DNA from: Callorhinchus milii
Lineage: Eukaryota
Reading direction: 5' to 3'
DNA length: 64,000 nt
NCBI RefSeq assembly: GCF_018977255.1
Contig: NW_024704743.1
Span: 41,976,001-42,040,000, forward strand
The notes under the pieces are model-generated. The model made no database searches. It was not told where the DNA came from and saw nothing but the letters and a program-made list of their open reading frames with translations. The translations under genes were made by a program, and so were the position numbers. Positions 38,230 through 50,090 of this stretch are shown here, piece by piece. How positions within the stretch are numbered: the first letter of the stretch is position 1; the number at the start of each line of letters is the position of its first letter.

Positions 38230-38818
38230 TCAGAATAAATCATCCTGCATATCCCACTTAATTTTTCCTTAAAACACATTTCCCACATAATAGGTACAGC
38301 TTCCTTTGGGTATTTGATGTGGTTTCCATTGCTACTTCTTCTCTGCACCTGCATACATTGTCAAGTTCTCAGCTGGCATTAATCTTCATGCACTATGTGA
38401 AACTCTGCTGTTGGTGTTAGCTCATTATCTATCTCTGTCACATCTGTAGTAAATGCAATGCCTGCGGTCTGTACACGTGGAGCAGGGATCAGCGCAAATG
38501 CATCTTGCATAAACAAAGGCAAACACTCCTTGACAATTATCTTCTCAGTTGAAGAAAAAAACAAGCTTGGGTCTCTCTTGGGATGGGTACAAATAACTAA
38601 AATTGCCATGGCTTTCAGAGCAATTTCACTTGAAGGATGCTCTCTATCACATACTGAAGGTATATTTTGAAAGTCATGTCAGCTTGATGAAACTTTTTTT
38701 TTGCTATTGATTTTCCCTTTATTTTTGCTTTGGTTTCCTCTTTCCTCATCATGTTCTCTTTATCTGGAAGACATTCTCCATCCGATGCTGGTGCTGGAGA
38801 ATCATAATCTCGCTTCAT
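38230..38818 (-). pseudogene. Decayed ORF resembling SAMD3-like / CACTA(EnSpm)-associated accessory protein
   Basis: Adjacent protein-like ORFs joined by frameshifts: ...IALKAMAILVIC...DPSLFF...PAPRVQTAGIAFTT..IDNE...HIKYPKEAVPIMWEMCF. Family assignment is from recalled motifs only. Confidence 0.4.
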
Positions 38819-38924
38819 TGTTAAGTTTGCTTAATTTCAAGGAATATAAAGCAACCTAGTGACTGACAAGGAAGTAGCAGACATTTTTTGTTGAAAGATA
38901 ACAACAACAATTTGCATTTATATA

Positions 38925-39087
38925 ATAAATAATAATCCTTGCATTGATATAACACTTTTCACATCTTCTAGATGTCTCAAAGTGCATCACAGAATATACT
39001 GTAAAGTGATTTAATTGACTGTGTATTTGTGGGCAAAACATAGTAGCCAATTGCGCACAGTAGTGTCCCACAAACAGTTGTGGATTG
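38925..39087 (-). mobile_element. SINE 3' half inserted beside an L2-type tail
   Basis: Standard SINE tail and body; preceded by ACAACAACAATTTGCATTTA. Confidence 0.85.
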
Positions 39088-41184
39088 ATATATATACAGG
39101 GTTCCTATCGGTGACCATAGGTATGGTTGAAGAGGAAGAGGAAGATGGTTCCAGATTGCAATATGTGTGTTTGCTGGGGATTGATGGTCAAATGCCCAGT
39201 CAAAGAGATAGATTTTCTGATGGTTTTTAAAGGAGTGAGTGAGGTTGAAGGATTTCAGAAGAGAATTCCAGAGAGAGGAGACATAGTAAGAAAACCATGA
39301 ATTTCACCGCCTTGGCATCTCTGATGTATAGTTGTGTGATAAAAGACTGCTGGACTCTCTTATGTAACAAATTAAATGATTACAATAATCCATGTTTTCC
39401 TCTCAGGTTTTAGGAAGTGTTGGCCTACAGAGGACAGATCCAAAAATCACAAGATTGGTCTAAACTCTAAACCTATGTCCTCTTGTTCTGTTGTCTTGAT
39501 ATATCCTAAAGTTTTGATCAGGGTTTACTGTTTCAATCCTATTTAATATGTTATACATCTCTATAAGGTCATCTCAGAATCAGCTTCTCAAGACTGATTC
39601 AGTCTGATTAAATAAGTTATGAGCAATGCGTGTCTAATCATTGTCCATAGCTTATTCCTCTAACACTGGAAATCATCTTCATTGGTCTCCTCTGCACTGC
39701 CTCTAGATAGCATGGTGATGGTTAGTGTGTCTTTGTGAATTAGTTTGTTTATGTAACACAGATTTGTAGGAATAAACTAGTTATGAAACCTAAAGTGGTC
39801 ATATTAGAATTTCTTCTTGGTTATGCCAAGCCCTGTTACAAGCTTTGACAAATATTTTCTCCATCCTCCAAAGGAATGCATTTCCCAAAGGTTTAAGCTC
39901 ACAGTTGCCTGAAGGTATCACTCTTTTGATTGATTTTAATTTCAGTACTAAATATTAGTTTAATTGCAGTATTAAATATTGGTTTATTATTCAATATTAG
40001 TTTTAAATATTAGTTTGCTACTTAGTGCTGTAAGAAAACAATTCAGCAATGCAGCAGTAAAACTGTGTGTATGTAATTACTCTATGGGGTGAAATTTGTG
40101 ATGATTCATAATGCGTTCGATGAGATAATGACCACATTTAGCGAATTACGAAGCACTGTATCTTTCACCCCTATGTAATTTTGTGCTTCAGTGTATCAAT
40201 AGTAAATGTGTTTGAAGCTACTCACAGTAAGTAAGGATTAATCAAAATGCACATGGGTGAAAAATAACTGCTGCACTAAGGTGGCTGAGTAATGAAAGGG
40301 CTGAAGCTATGTTACTGAGGTCAAATAGAAGCTGCCTCTTGGCCTAACCATGGTTCATATAATTTGCACAAAGTGCTGATCATATCCAAGGCAGGTTGGA
40401 ACTGTCAAACAGGGAAGTTACAGTACCTTATGATAGATTACAGTTTCTGTCAGACAATTTGTTGTGTTTTTTTTAGTGTATCGGTGTCAAAACAATCTTC
40501 TATGTAATATATTTGGTGCTGTGAAGCACCACTTTGTGCAGGTGAATACATTTTTATGAAGCCGGTGTAATCTTTCTTGTGCCTTGCTTGTAAGTATGGT
40601 GTGCTAAGATTTTGTTGCAAAACAATGGTGGAAATTACCTCGTGTGATGCATTAAAACATATGCAAGGTACATTATAGTATCAAGCTGTTTTCTTAAATG
40701 TGTCCTGGCCTCAACCACCCTGCAGTTGTTAATTGCCCTCTGTGTAAAAAAAATTCCTGATGTCTGATTCTCATGCTGCAAATTGCAGTTCTGAACCTGT
40801 GCCACCTGCTGTCACCATACATCTGAAAGTAGAGTTCTACGTTTACTTTCTCAATCCAATTTTGAATGTTATTTATCACTAAAATTGTCACGTCTGAGAT
40901 GTCTCTTTTAAAATTTCATATTAGCCATACTCTGTATTCTACAAGTGACCAATCTTTATGTTTTCTCAGGCAGGAAATGTCAGCAGGTTCCTCAACTTTG
41001 AGAGGTATTACAGCCAAGTCTCACCCTGGTCTCATCTGTCCATGCACTTGTATTTGCCAATGAGAATCACTGGACAGCATGCGAGAGCATGATCCCTGGT
41101 TGAAATTTGTCTGTTTGACTTTGGACACTCAGGCCAATTATAGTACCACAAGTCTGATATCAGCTAACTCATTCTTCATTTTTG

Positions 41185-41505
41185 AAAGAAAATGTCTCAG
41201 AGGGATCTATAGAGGTGGATATAATGTTAAATGTGATTGAAAAAGTAAACATAGAGCAATACATTCAGATGTGCTAAGACAGTAGAACGAGGGGCTATAG
41301 GTTTCGAGTTGCAAAGGGCAATTTCAGGAAAGACACAAGAAATGTTTTCTTTAACCAGAGAGTTAATTACTGGAACAGGTTGTCACATGGGTAGGACACT
41401 GGACTCATTTAGAAAAAAACAGCTTGATGCTATGATGGGGATCAAGGGTATTTGGGAAGGATAAAATAAAATGATACAAAGGGTTCTCTTCATTCAAATG
41501 AATCT
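41185..41505 (+). mobile_element. CR1 3' fragment
   Basis: CTCAGAGGGATCTATAGAGGT...TTAACCAGAGAGTTAATTACTGGAACAGG; same type as 10910-11250. Confidence 0.7.
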
Positions 41506-43000
41506 TAGGAACAGACTATTTCACTTTGAGCAATGAAACTAATCAACTGATATACCAGGGCCAGAAATCTTCTATATGTTGAGAATTTTCTTGATCTTTA
41601 AGAGAGAAGTATATTAATTGCTAATTGCATACTTTGCTGTAGCAGTTGTGTTACCAAACTAAAAATCAATACAATTCCATTGATGTCTTAAAATTTTTGC
41701 TGAATTACTTGAAATAATAGCTTGGGTTTATCTTAGAAATATAGAATCTTACAGCACAGAAGGAAGTTATTTGGTCCATCATGCCTGTGCCAGCTCTTGG
41801 AAAGAGATACCCAACGAGACCCACTCCTCCGCTCTTCACTCATAGCCTTGCAATTAATTTTAATTAACTAAAGTCCCTCAACACTGGTATCGTCTTACTA
41901 TCATTTACTATTTTATATAATTCAATGATATACGTACCCTTAAACATTTCGACTTAACTGTTTTGTTCCAGACTGTAAAGCTTAAATGTTTCTAATCCTT
42001 CTTCATAACTCATCCCTTTACACTTGGGATCAGGGTTGATGTTCTTTTCAGCTCCTTTTCAATTATATGTATCTCCATCTTGAGATATGATCAAGTCTGA
42101 ACACATTGTTCTAGGAATGGGCTGACTAGTGAATTATAACATATCAATATAATGTGTCTAGACTTATGAGGAGTCATTTTTCAATTCAAGCTAAATTTGC
42201 CCACCTTTAATGATGTACTTTTAAAACAATTTTTTCCGTTATATGAGTGGGGAATTCCACTTAGGTCTAGACTTACATTATTTCTCCACATTTTTGAGCA
42301 TCCAGAATAGTAACATTCCATTACCTCTTTGTACTTTTCCAATGTCCATTTTTCACTTTTGTTTATTGTAATATCTGGAATTTGATGTGATCTTTGAGCG
42401 ACAGGTCAATGTTAAACTTTTAACCTGATATGGTTGCCAGTCATCTTTTCACTACAGGTTTCTAAATCATTATCTAAATCATTATTTCCTGGCCTTCGAA
42501 AAGAAGGAACATCATTTGTTTTTTTACTTATCTATCTTCTTGGAAGCCTAATATTTATTGTTCTCCTTCGAGAGAGTCACGTCTCCTATCTGAGCTGGCC
42601 CAATCTGACAAGAAGACACTTTAGATCAATAGTCTATTGAAACAGGGCTGCTATTCTTGAGGTGGGCACACATTGATCAATAGAGATGAATATCTCTCCC
42701 ACCAATAACTACAATTCCTAGCAATACTCCATTACCCCAGGTCAAAAAGATCTTATAACTGGTATTTATTGTAGCCTGGTTTATTTTGCTTGCCGAGGGC
42801 ATCCGTGTTTCAAAGATCTCTGAGAGTCAACAGGGACAAGTTGGGCCTGGGATTCACATCGGCAGGGTTGATCACATCCTGAAGTAGCAGTGCCAAAGCA
42901 ATAACTACCAACTGATTTACCGTTTAAATTATTCTGCAGAGGTAGCTTCTAAGTGGCTTTCAATGATGGGTCAGCCAGACCAATAACACTATCACAATAC

Positions 43001-43004
<4 letters not shown>

Positions 43005-43037
<33 letters not shown>

Positions 43038-43050
43038 CCTTGCATTTGAT
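43005..43050 (-). repeat. (TAA)n microsatellite forming the tail of a very short SINE 3' end
   Basis: About 10 TAA units followed by TCCTTGCATTTGATAT. Confidence 0.85.
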
Positions 43051-43984
43051 ATTTACATACGAATGGATGCTACTTTTCTTAGTATGTTTGAAATTCCTAA
43101 AATAGCTACTTTTTTCAGAGTCCCAAATTACTATTATTATTGTTGTTATTATCATCACCATTGCTCTAGATTCCCATGGAAAGTTCTTTGATTCAGTCTT
43201 GGTTTGGAAGCCGCTTTTTCACAGTTTGTACAAAAATGGCTTCAGAATTTAAGAATTTCTAAGACACTATTATTATTCAAAAATCAGTGGAATTTTAATT
43301 TTGCATTTTAATTAAGGAAGAGAATTGGACTAAAATTCCATCTATACTGTGGATGGATAATGGACATAATTTTAGGAGTGCATGTATGTGGGTCTATTTA
43401 AGGTTTGTGAAGAAATTCCATCAGGTTATTTTGCAAGTGACAAAAAATTGTTACGAAAACTTTATCTCAGTGTGACTAATTAAGCCATCTGAACTCTATG
43501 CTACAAATTATGAACCTATTCTCAGTGCTATCAAAAGATTACTAGCAACACCTCGAAGATGGACTAAATCTGTCACTTTGGACTCACAATGAGTGTCTAG
43601 ATATGCCTTTAAAAGTTGATATGTCTGGAAAAGATCCATAAATGAACGTCTCTTCAGAGCAACAAATCTTTTTACCTTTCACATTGTCAGTGTAGCCACT
43701 AGTTACAGGATGGGTGTTTTAGGTTGCCTTATCCTATCTTTTACAGTGCCCCTTATGCACGTTCAGTACTGTAGGATGTGTCATTCAATAAGGCCCCGCT
43801 TAAGCAGGTCGGAGAGATAGGAACAGGACAAGAAAAGCAATATGGCCCTTTTTAGTGTCTAGGCACAGCTCAGATAGTTGGTTCCATCATGTATACCTGG
43901 ATAGTAAAGCATAGCATCTAGATTAGCCAGCAGATGTTGTGGTATATTCAGGCCTACTCCACAGGTCCCAACACATAAAGTGTC

Positions 43985-44442
43985 AACAACAACAACTTGC
44001 ATTTATATAGTGCTCTCTACATGGGTAGTATCTTGGAGCACTTAATAGTGACGGAACTTGACACCAAACCAGGGAGAGTGCGGAAGTGACTTTAGGCACA
44101 GTTGAAGAGGGAGGTCTTCAGGTGTGATCTGAAGATGGGGAAGGAGGGGATAAAGCAAAGGAATTGAGGCAGAGAATTCCAATCTCAGAGCATAGTGGCT
44201 TTAAGTACAGCCATTGATGGTGGAGTGGAGGTGGCAAAGAACGTGCAGGATGCTGGAGCCAACTGAGTGAAGGGGGCAGGTAGAGGAGTGGGCTGTAAGG
44301 CAGGGCGAAACCTTGGGCAAGTTTCCTTACTCCACACGCTTCAGATAGGGACCTGTTGGGACCTGTGGAGTAGGCCTGAATATACCACAACATCTGCTGG
44401 CTAATCTAGATGCTATGCTGTAAGGAAGTCAGAGAGGTAGGA
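43985..44442 (-). mobile_element. Old L2 3' fragment carrying a templated insertion
   Basis: (CAA)n tail, degenerate L2 3' UTR and ORF end; resumes at AAGTCAGAGAGGTAGG after the insertion. Confidence 0.75.
44354..44419. repeat. Perfect 66-bp inverted copy of 43908-43973
   Basis: Base-by-base reverse-complement identity. Confidence 0.95.
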
Positions 44443-45242
44443 ACAGGACAGGAAAAGCAATATAGCCCTTTCTAGCTAAATGACTCCAAAATTGTTGAGA
44501 GAATGTTTGCAGACCTTCCTCAGATCCTATTATTTGTGTAATTGCATCCAAGAGAACTGATGAAATATCGACAAGCAGAATGAGAGAGGATATTTGTTCT
44601 AACAAGGTGTGGGAAATATGTTGGCTGAGTGGAGCCTTTCTGAATAATGATTTTTTTTATAAAAGTTCTCCCTTCACATTTCACCTTCACTAGCTTAGCA
44701 TCAACAACCTCCCCCTCCAACACCCCTCTGTCATCACCTGCTGCATTGAGCAGCTCAACCTTTCTCTACCAGTAGGTCCAGGAGATTGACTTGAAAAGTA
44801 CAGTCAGAATAAACAGCCACTGCAGCAAAGGAGCAAGTGAGAGGATATATGCCTTTTCTCAACCATCAGAAGTTATGATAACCTTCATAGGAACTACAGA
44901 GAAACCAACAAAGCTATTCTCGGTAATGTTTGAAAAGAATATTGTGCATACACAAGTGTTTCCCTGAAATGTCCTGCACCCCACAGACATTTCCTACCCA
45001 TGTGGATTAACAAAGGACTTCACAGGACACTTGTTAATGATACACAACAGATTAACAGCTGACTTCCCTATCTGATCAAATGAGATCTCTGGGACTGACA
45101 CACCAGCCAGCTCTCCCAGAGTTTAACCCTTCATGACTAAAGAAGTAATAATGATTTACACTATCAGATGATCTCATCTGGGATATCTTATTCACAACAA
45201 GTTTAAGTAAAAGTTAAATTGACAAAATATGATTACAGAATA

Positions 45243-47010
45243 ACACAACAACAACACACGATATAGCGCCCTCCAAGCCAGGCGGCGGCTCGGAACACTT
45301 AATGATGGAGCCCAAGGCCGAGCTTGGGGGAGGGGAAAGGTGACCATAGGCGCGGTCAAAAAGGAAGGTTAAATGTAGCAGCCAATTGCACACAGCAGTG
45401 TCCCACAAACAGTCGTGGATTGAAGTGACCAATTTATTTTTGTTTTGTTTTCTTGAAGGATTATTATCAGGAGTGTGGAGTAAGAAAACTTGCCCAAGGT
45501 TTCGCCCTGCTCAGAATCGAACCTAGGTCTCTCGCTTGCGAAGCGAGTGCTCTAACCACTTAGCTGCAGGATTCCACAGAGAGGAGGCAGCGGGTACTGC
45601 TGTGAGGAGAGAGGGGAGGTTAGAGAGGTAGAGGGGTGCCAAGGATTGGAGGGATTTAAACACTAGATTGAGGATCTTGAAGTTGATGCACTCTGTGACA
45701 GGGAGCCAGTGGAGATTGGCAAGGACTGGAGGAATCGGGGTACGAAGTTTGGTGAGGGTGAGAATATGGGCGGCAGAGTTTTGAATGAGCTGAATTTTGT
45801 GAATAGTGGAGGAGGGGAGACCGGTGAGGAGGGCATTAGAGTAGTCCAACCGAGAAGTGAAAAGGCATGGACAAGGGTTTTGGCAGCTTTTGGGGTGAGA
45901 TATTGTCGGAGACAGGCAATGTGGCGGAGGTGGAGGAAATCAGTGCTGGTCAGGGACCGGATGTGGGGGAGGAAGGATAACTGGGGATCAAACCTGAAGC
46001 CTAAGTTGCGCACGGGTTCAGAGAGTTTTAAGGACAGGTCGGGTAGGTTGAGGAGAGGGGAACCATGGGACAGAAGATGTTGGCGGGAGCCAAAGAGTAT
46101 GGTTTCTGTCCTGTTGACGTTTAATTCCAGGAAATTTGTGCTTATCCAGCTCCTGATGTCCAACAGACAAGCTGACAGAACATCAGGGGACTGGCGGTCG
46201 CAGCTGGAGGTGGAAAGGTAGAATTAAGTGTCATCCACATATATGTGGAAGCTAACCCCATGTGTGTGAATGACCTCACCGAGTGGGAGTATAAAGATGA
46301 GGAAGAGAAGGGTCCAAGGATGGATCCCTGGGGTACCCTGCAAGTGACAGCGTGGGAGCGTGAAGAAAAGCCATTTGCAGAAATGTATTGCTGGAAGTTT
46401 GTAAGGTAGGACTTGAATCAAGCGAACGCAGTCCCACTGATGGAGGACAGGCAGTAGAGGAGGATGGCGTGATCGACTGTGTCGAACATGGTGAAGAGAC
46501 TCAGGAGGACGAGGAGGCAGAGGGAGCCCTGGTCACAGATAGAGAGTATATTGTTTGTGACCTTCACAAGTGCTGTCTGTGTACTGAGTGGAGGGTGGAA
46601 ACCGGATTGGAGGGCATCGAGTAGGGTGTGGAGGGAGAGGTGTGTGCGAAGTTGGTTGGCAAAAACGCATTGCAGAGTTTTGGCAAGAAAGGACAGGTTT
46701 GAGATAGGGCAGTTGTGGCTGAGGTTGGAGGGATCGAGGGTAGTTTTTTTGGGAGGGGAGTGATGACCGCGGTTTTGAAGGTGAGTGGGACTGATCCTGA
46801 GGAGAGAGACTGGTTAGTAGTGTCTGCCAGCAGTGGGCAGAGGAGGTGGAGCTGAGTGATCAGCAGTTGGGTGGGAAGGGGGTCAAGGCAGCCGGTTGTG
46901 GGTTTCATTGTGGTGATGGTGGATGAGAGGAAGTAGAGATGGAGGCAAATGAATGTAGGATGGGGGCCGTGGTAGGAGCTGAGGGCGGGGTGGGTGAGGG
47001 AGGGAGCAGC
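45243..47010 (-). mobile_element. L2 LINE ~1.7 kb fragment (pre-RT, RT and 3' end)
   Basis: MKPTTGCLDPLPT...FKTAVITPL; FHIYVDDT; WISTNFLELNVNRTE; DYSNALL...LHWLP. Confidence 0.93.
45372..45577 (-). mobile_element. SINE 5' two-thirds nested in L2; tail and adjacent L2 deleted
   Basis: Head present, tail absent; ~140 bp of L2 missing relative to the 30690 copy. Confidence 0.85.
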
Positions 47011-47137
47011 AACACATAGCTAGGTGCTATCTTAGGTCAGAAGAATCAAGGAGTTTTCGATATAATAAAGTTTTAAGTGTCCGGATACAGAAATGTTCTG
47101 TTCATATCCATCCTTGTCGATCTATATAATAATAAAC

Positions 47138-47446
47138 AATAATAATCCTTGCATTTGATATAGTGGTTTTCACGTCTTCTTGATGTCTCAAAGCGCTTCA
47201 CAGAATATGCTGTAAAGTGAATTGACCATATATTTGTGGGCGAACACGGCAGCCAATTGCGCACAGCAGTGTCCCACAAACAGTCGTGGATTAAAAATGA
47301 TCAATTTATTATTGTTTTGTTTTGGAGGGATTATTATGAAGCGTGTGGAGTAAGGAAACTTGCCCAAGGTTTCGCCCTGCCTGGAATTGAACCCAGGTGT
47401 CTCGCTTGCAAGGCGAGTGCTATAACTACTGAGCTACAAGACTCCA
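47138..47446 (-). mobile_element. tRNA-derived SINE, short subfamily
   Basis: Full length; carries the diagnostic variant TGAAGCGTGTGGAG. Confidence 0.92.
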
Positions 47447-47831
47447 ACTTAACTCAGAAGGAAAGAACAAAGCAATAGCAATAACAAAAACAACCTCCAT
47501 TTGAATAGCGCACATCAGCATCTTGATCACTGCACGTGGCAGGGTAGGAATCTGAACAAGGGAACAACACAAGCAATACAATCCTTGTTACAGATGATCC
47601 ACTGCATCTCATCTCTCATGTGTTGACTTGTGTAGTTAAGTGCGTCATCTTTCACTCCCATCTGCTGGTTCCTTGGAGTCCTTGTTTTAGATTTCTGCCT
47701 TAGGTTTTACTATCCTATCACTGTTCTTTAGTGGTTTTCAGGTAGCCTCACTTTGTCTTACTTGTCTTGGCTGATAATATAGGTTGTATAGTATATGCTG
47801 CAAAATATAGGTTGCATGGCATAAAAATACT

Positions 47832-48203
47832 AATAATTCTTGGATTTCATATAGCACCTTATCATGTTATTGAGACATCTCAAAGAACTTCACAGAATAT
47901 ATTGTAAAGTGAATTGACTGTATATTCAGTGGGCAAAACAAAGCAGCCAATTGCGCACAGCAGTGTCCCACAAACAGTCGTGGATTGAGTGACCGCATTT
48001 TTTTAAAAAAATGTTTTAATAGGAATTATTTCCCCAGGAAAGCGATTCACCAATCAACTAACAACTGTGTTCCTACTTACTGCTTGGTAAACAGAGGCGT
48101 TGGAGCAAGGAAACTTGATTAAAGTTTTGCCCTGACCGAGAAACAAAACCGGGTCCCCTCACTTGCAAGGCAAGTGTTCTAACCAATGCACAACAAGACT
48201 CCA
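47832..48203 (-). mobile_element. tRNA-derived SINE, long subfamily
   Basis: Contains CCTACTTACTGCTTGGTAAACAGAGGCG (antisense of the extra segment). Confidence 0.88.
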
Positions 48204-49499
48204 GGTAGGCTGATAGCTTCAATTAATGGTCTCTCAGCTTTTGTTCTTTCTCCCTCAATTGTTTCGCTAGCAATTCCTTGACTTCTGACATTGACACCAA
48301 CTTTCTCACCCCTTTCACTTCAGACATTTCTCCTATTTCCTGTCCTGACTTTCACAATCTGATTCCAATGCATCTAAACTTCTGAGTAATGTACATTTTT
48401 GTTTTATTTGCCAATTTAGGTAATGGATTCTCCCTTCAGGAGCAAAGGTGGGCAGACCATCCTCCAGTCAGGTACCATCCTGTTTATTTCTCCTGTGGAT
48501 TGATGGGCCATTTGCCTTTTGGTGTTTTGACACTTCCAGATCAGGAATTCAGATTTCTGAAGGCCCAAATTTCATCTCTAATCCCCCTTTTGAATATCTC
48601 TGTTATGAACACTTACTCAGACTTCCTGTCTCCAGGAGGGTAACTATTTTGCCTGACGTATTCTTACAGTTGACAATCCTGTCCAAGTGTCATGCAATTG
48701 TGCCCCTTTCTATAACCATCACCTCCTATCTGCTTACTGTCACACACTGACCTCTCTGTAACCCTCACATCTTGACAGGAAGGCCACAGGCTTTTTAGTT
48801 CAGGTATCTATGAATACAGTCTTTTACAATAATCTCTTGACCAAATTGCCCATTTTATAGATATTAAGTTGAGCTCTGTATATTAACTATTGATTTGTTG
48901 CACTGTTGATTAAACAAAGCGATTCCTGCAGTAACTAACAGGTGTCTTTTTTTGGAACATCCAACGATTCGGATTATCAATTTTTTTTATTTTTATTGGA
49001 CTCGCTGCCTAATGTATTCAGTGAATAAGCATTAAAATTAAGTGTATTGATCAAAATTGTTGCCCACGAGAGCAGAGAATACTAAGAGTGTTTACTAGGA
49101 GAGAAACCTTCACAAAGAATATGATAATAACCTAACTAGAAATATTTATGAATATATAGTATATCTTAGGTCAAATAAAGCCAGCATCAAAACCTCTACA
49201 TGCACATATTATACAGGACACAACAGACTGCACTGTATATTATGTTTCTAATATATCTCTTGGTTTACATATTGATAAACCACTTAAGTTTGCTGTGCCT
49301 TAAAAAAACATTTGAATCCTTTTTTACATTACTGGCAGGAAAACACACTCCATATATAATAATTGGGTCTAGTTGTGGCATTTCTTAACAGACTTCTTAA
49401 ACGGAAATGTGTAATTATGAATTATCAAATGTTCTGCATTTCAGTTAAGAAAATTCACAAAGTAGATCTCAATACCTGAGAATTAACAGCCTTAAAATT

Positions 49500-50090
49500 G
49501 TTAGTGGCATATCCATGAAAGACACACAGGGGATGTTCTTCAGAGGTTAACAAGTGGAACTGAAGGAACTTGTGGAAACTTTAAAATGACCGTCATTGTA
49601 GAAAAACCCTAGACAATAGTTATTGTGGAAAGCTATGAAAGATGTCACAAAGAATCAATGAGCAATATGATTGGAAAACAAACATTGTGGAATGTGACAG
49701 AATTCAATTACTTGGGCAATGCCTTCAATCATACAAACACCTGCTCAAGGAAAGGGAAATAAAAAAGCCACATAAGAAACTGGAGGGATGTTAGTCTGCA
49801 GCCTTTCTTGCAGCCATGGTAACATAACCCTACAATGTAACTCTGGCACTCTTACACTATGGCTCAGAAAACCTACAGACAGTTGAAATCAATTATTTCG
49901 AATTGGAAAGATTATTCATCAGCCCCAAGAAATATAACAACACAGGAGGTGCACAGAACAGAGCCTGTTTGGTGATGTAAATGGGATAGTCGGCAATGCA
50001 GTAACCAGGAAGTTGCTGTTTTACAAATAAATCGAAGAGCCGAGAGGAACATTGCAAAGAAGATAAATGTGGAATGTCTGTGACAGATGC
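49500..50090 (+). mobile_element. Very old RTE-clade-like LINE fragment
   Basis: Decayed peptides VTEFNYLGN and YNVTLALLHYGSE resemble RTE V..F.YLGS and Y...L..LLYGSETW. Confidence 0.45.

Noticed and set aside
43405..43480. EIPSGYF peptide like a Polinton minor capsid motif
   Set aside because: Motif too short; frame closes quickly; no other Polinton features.
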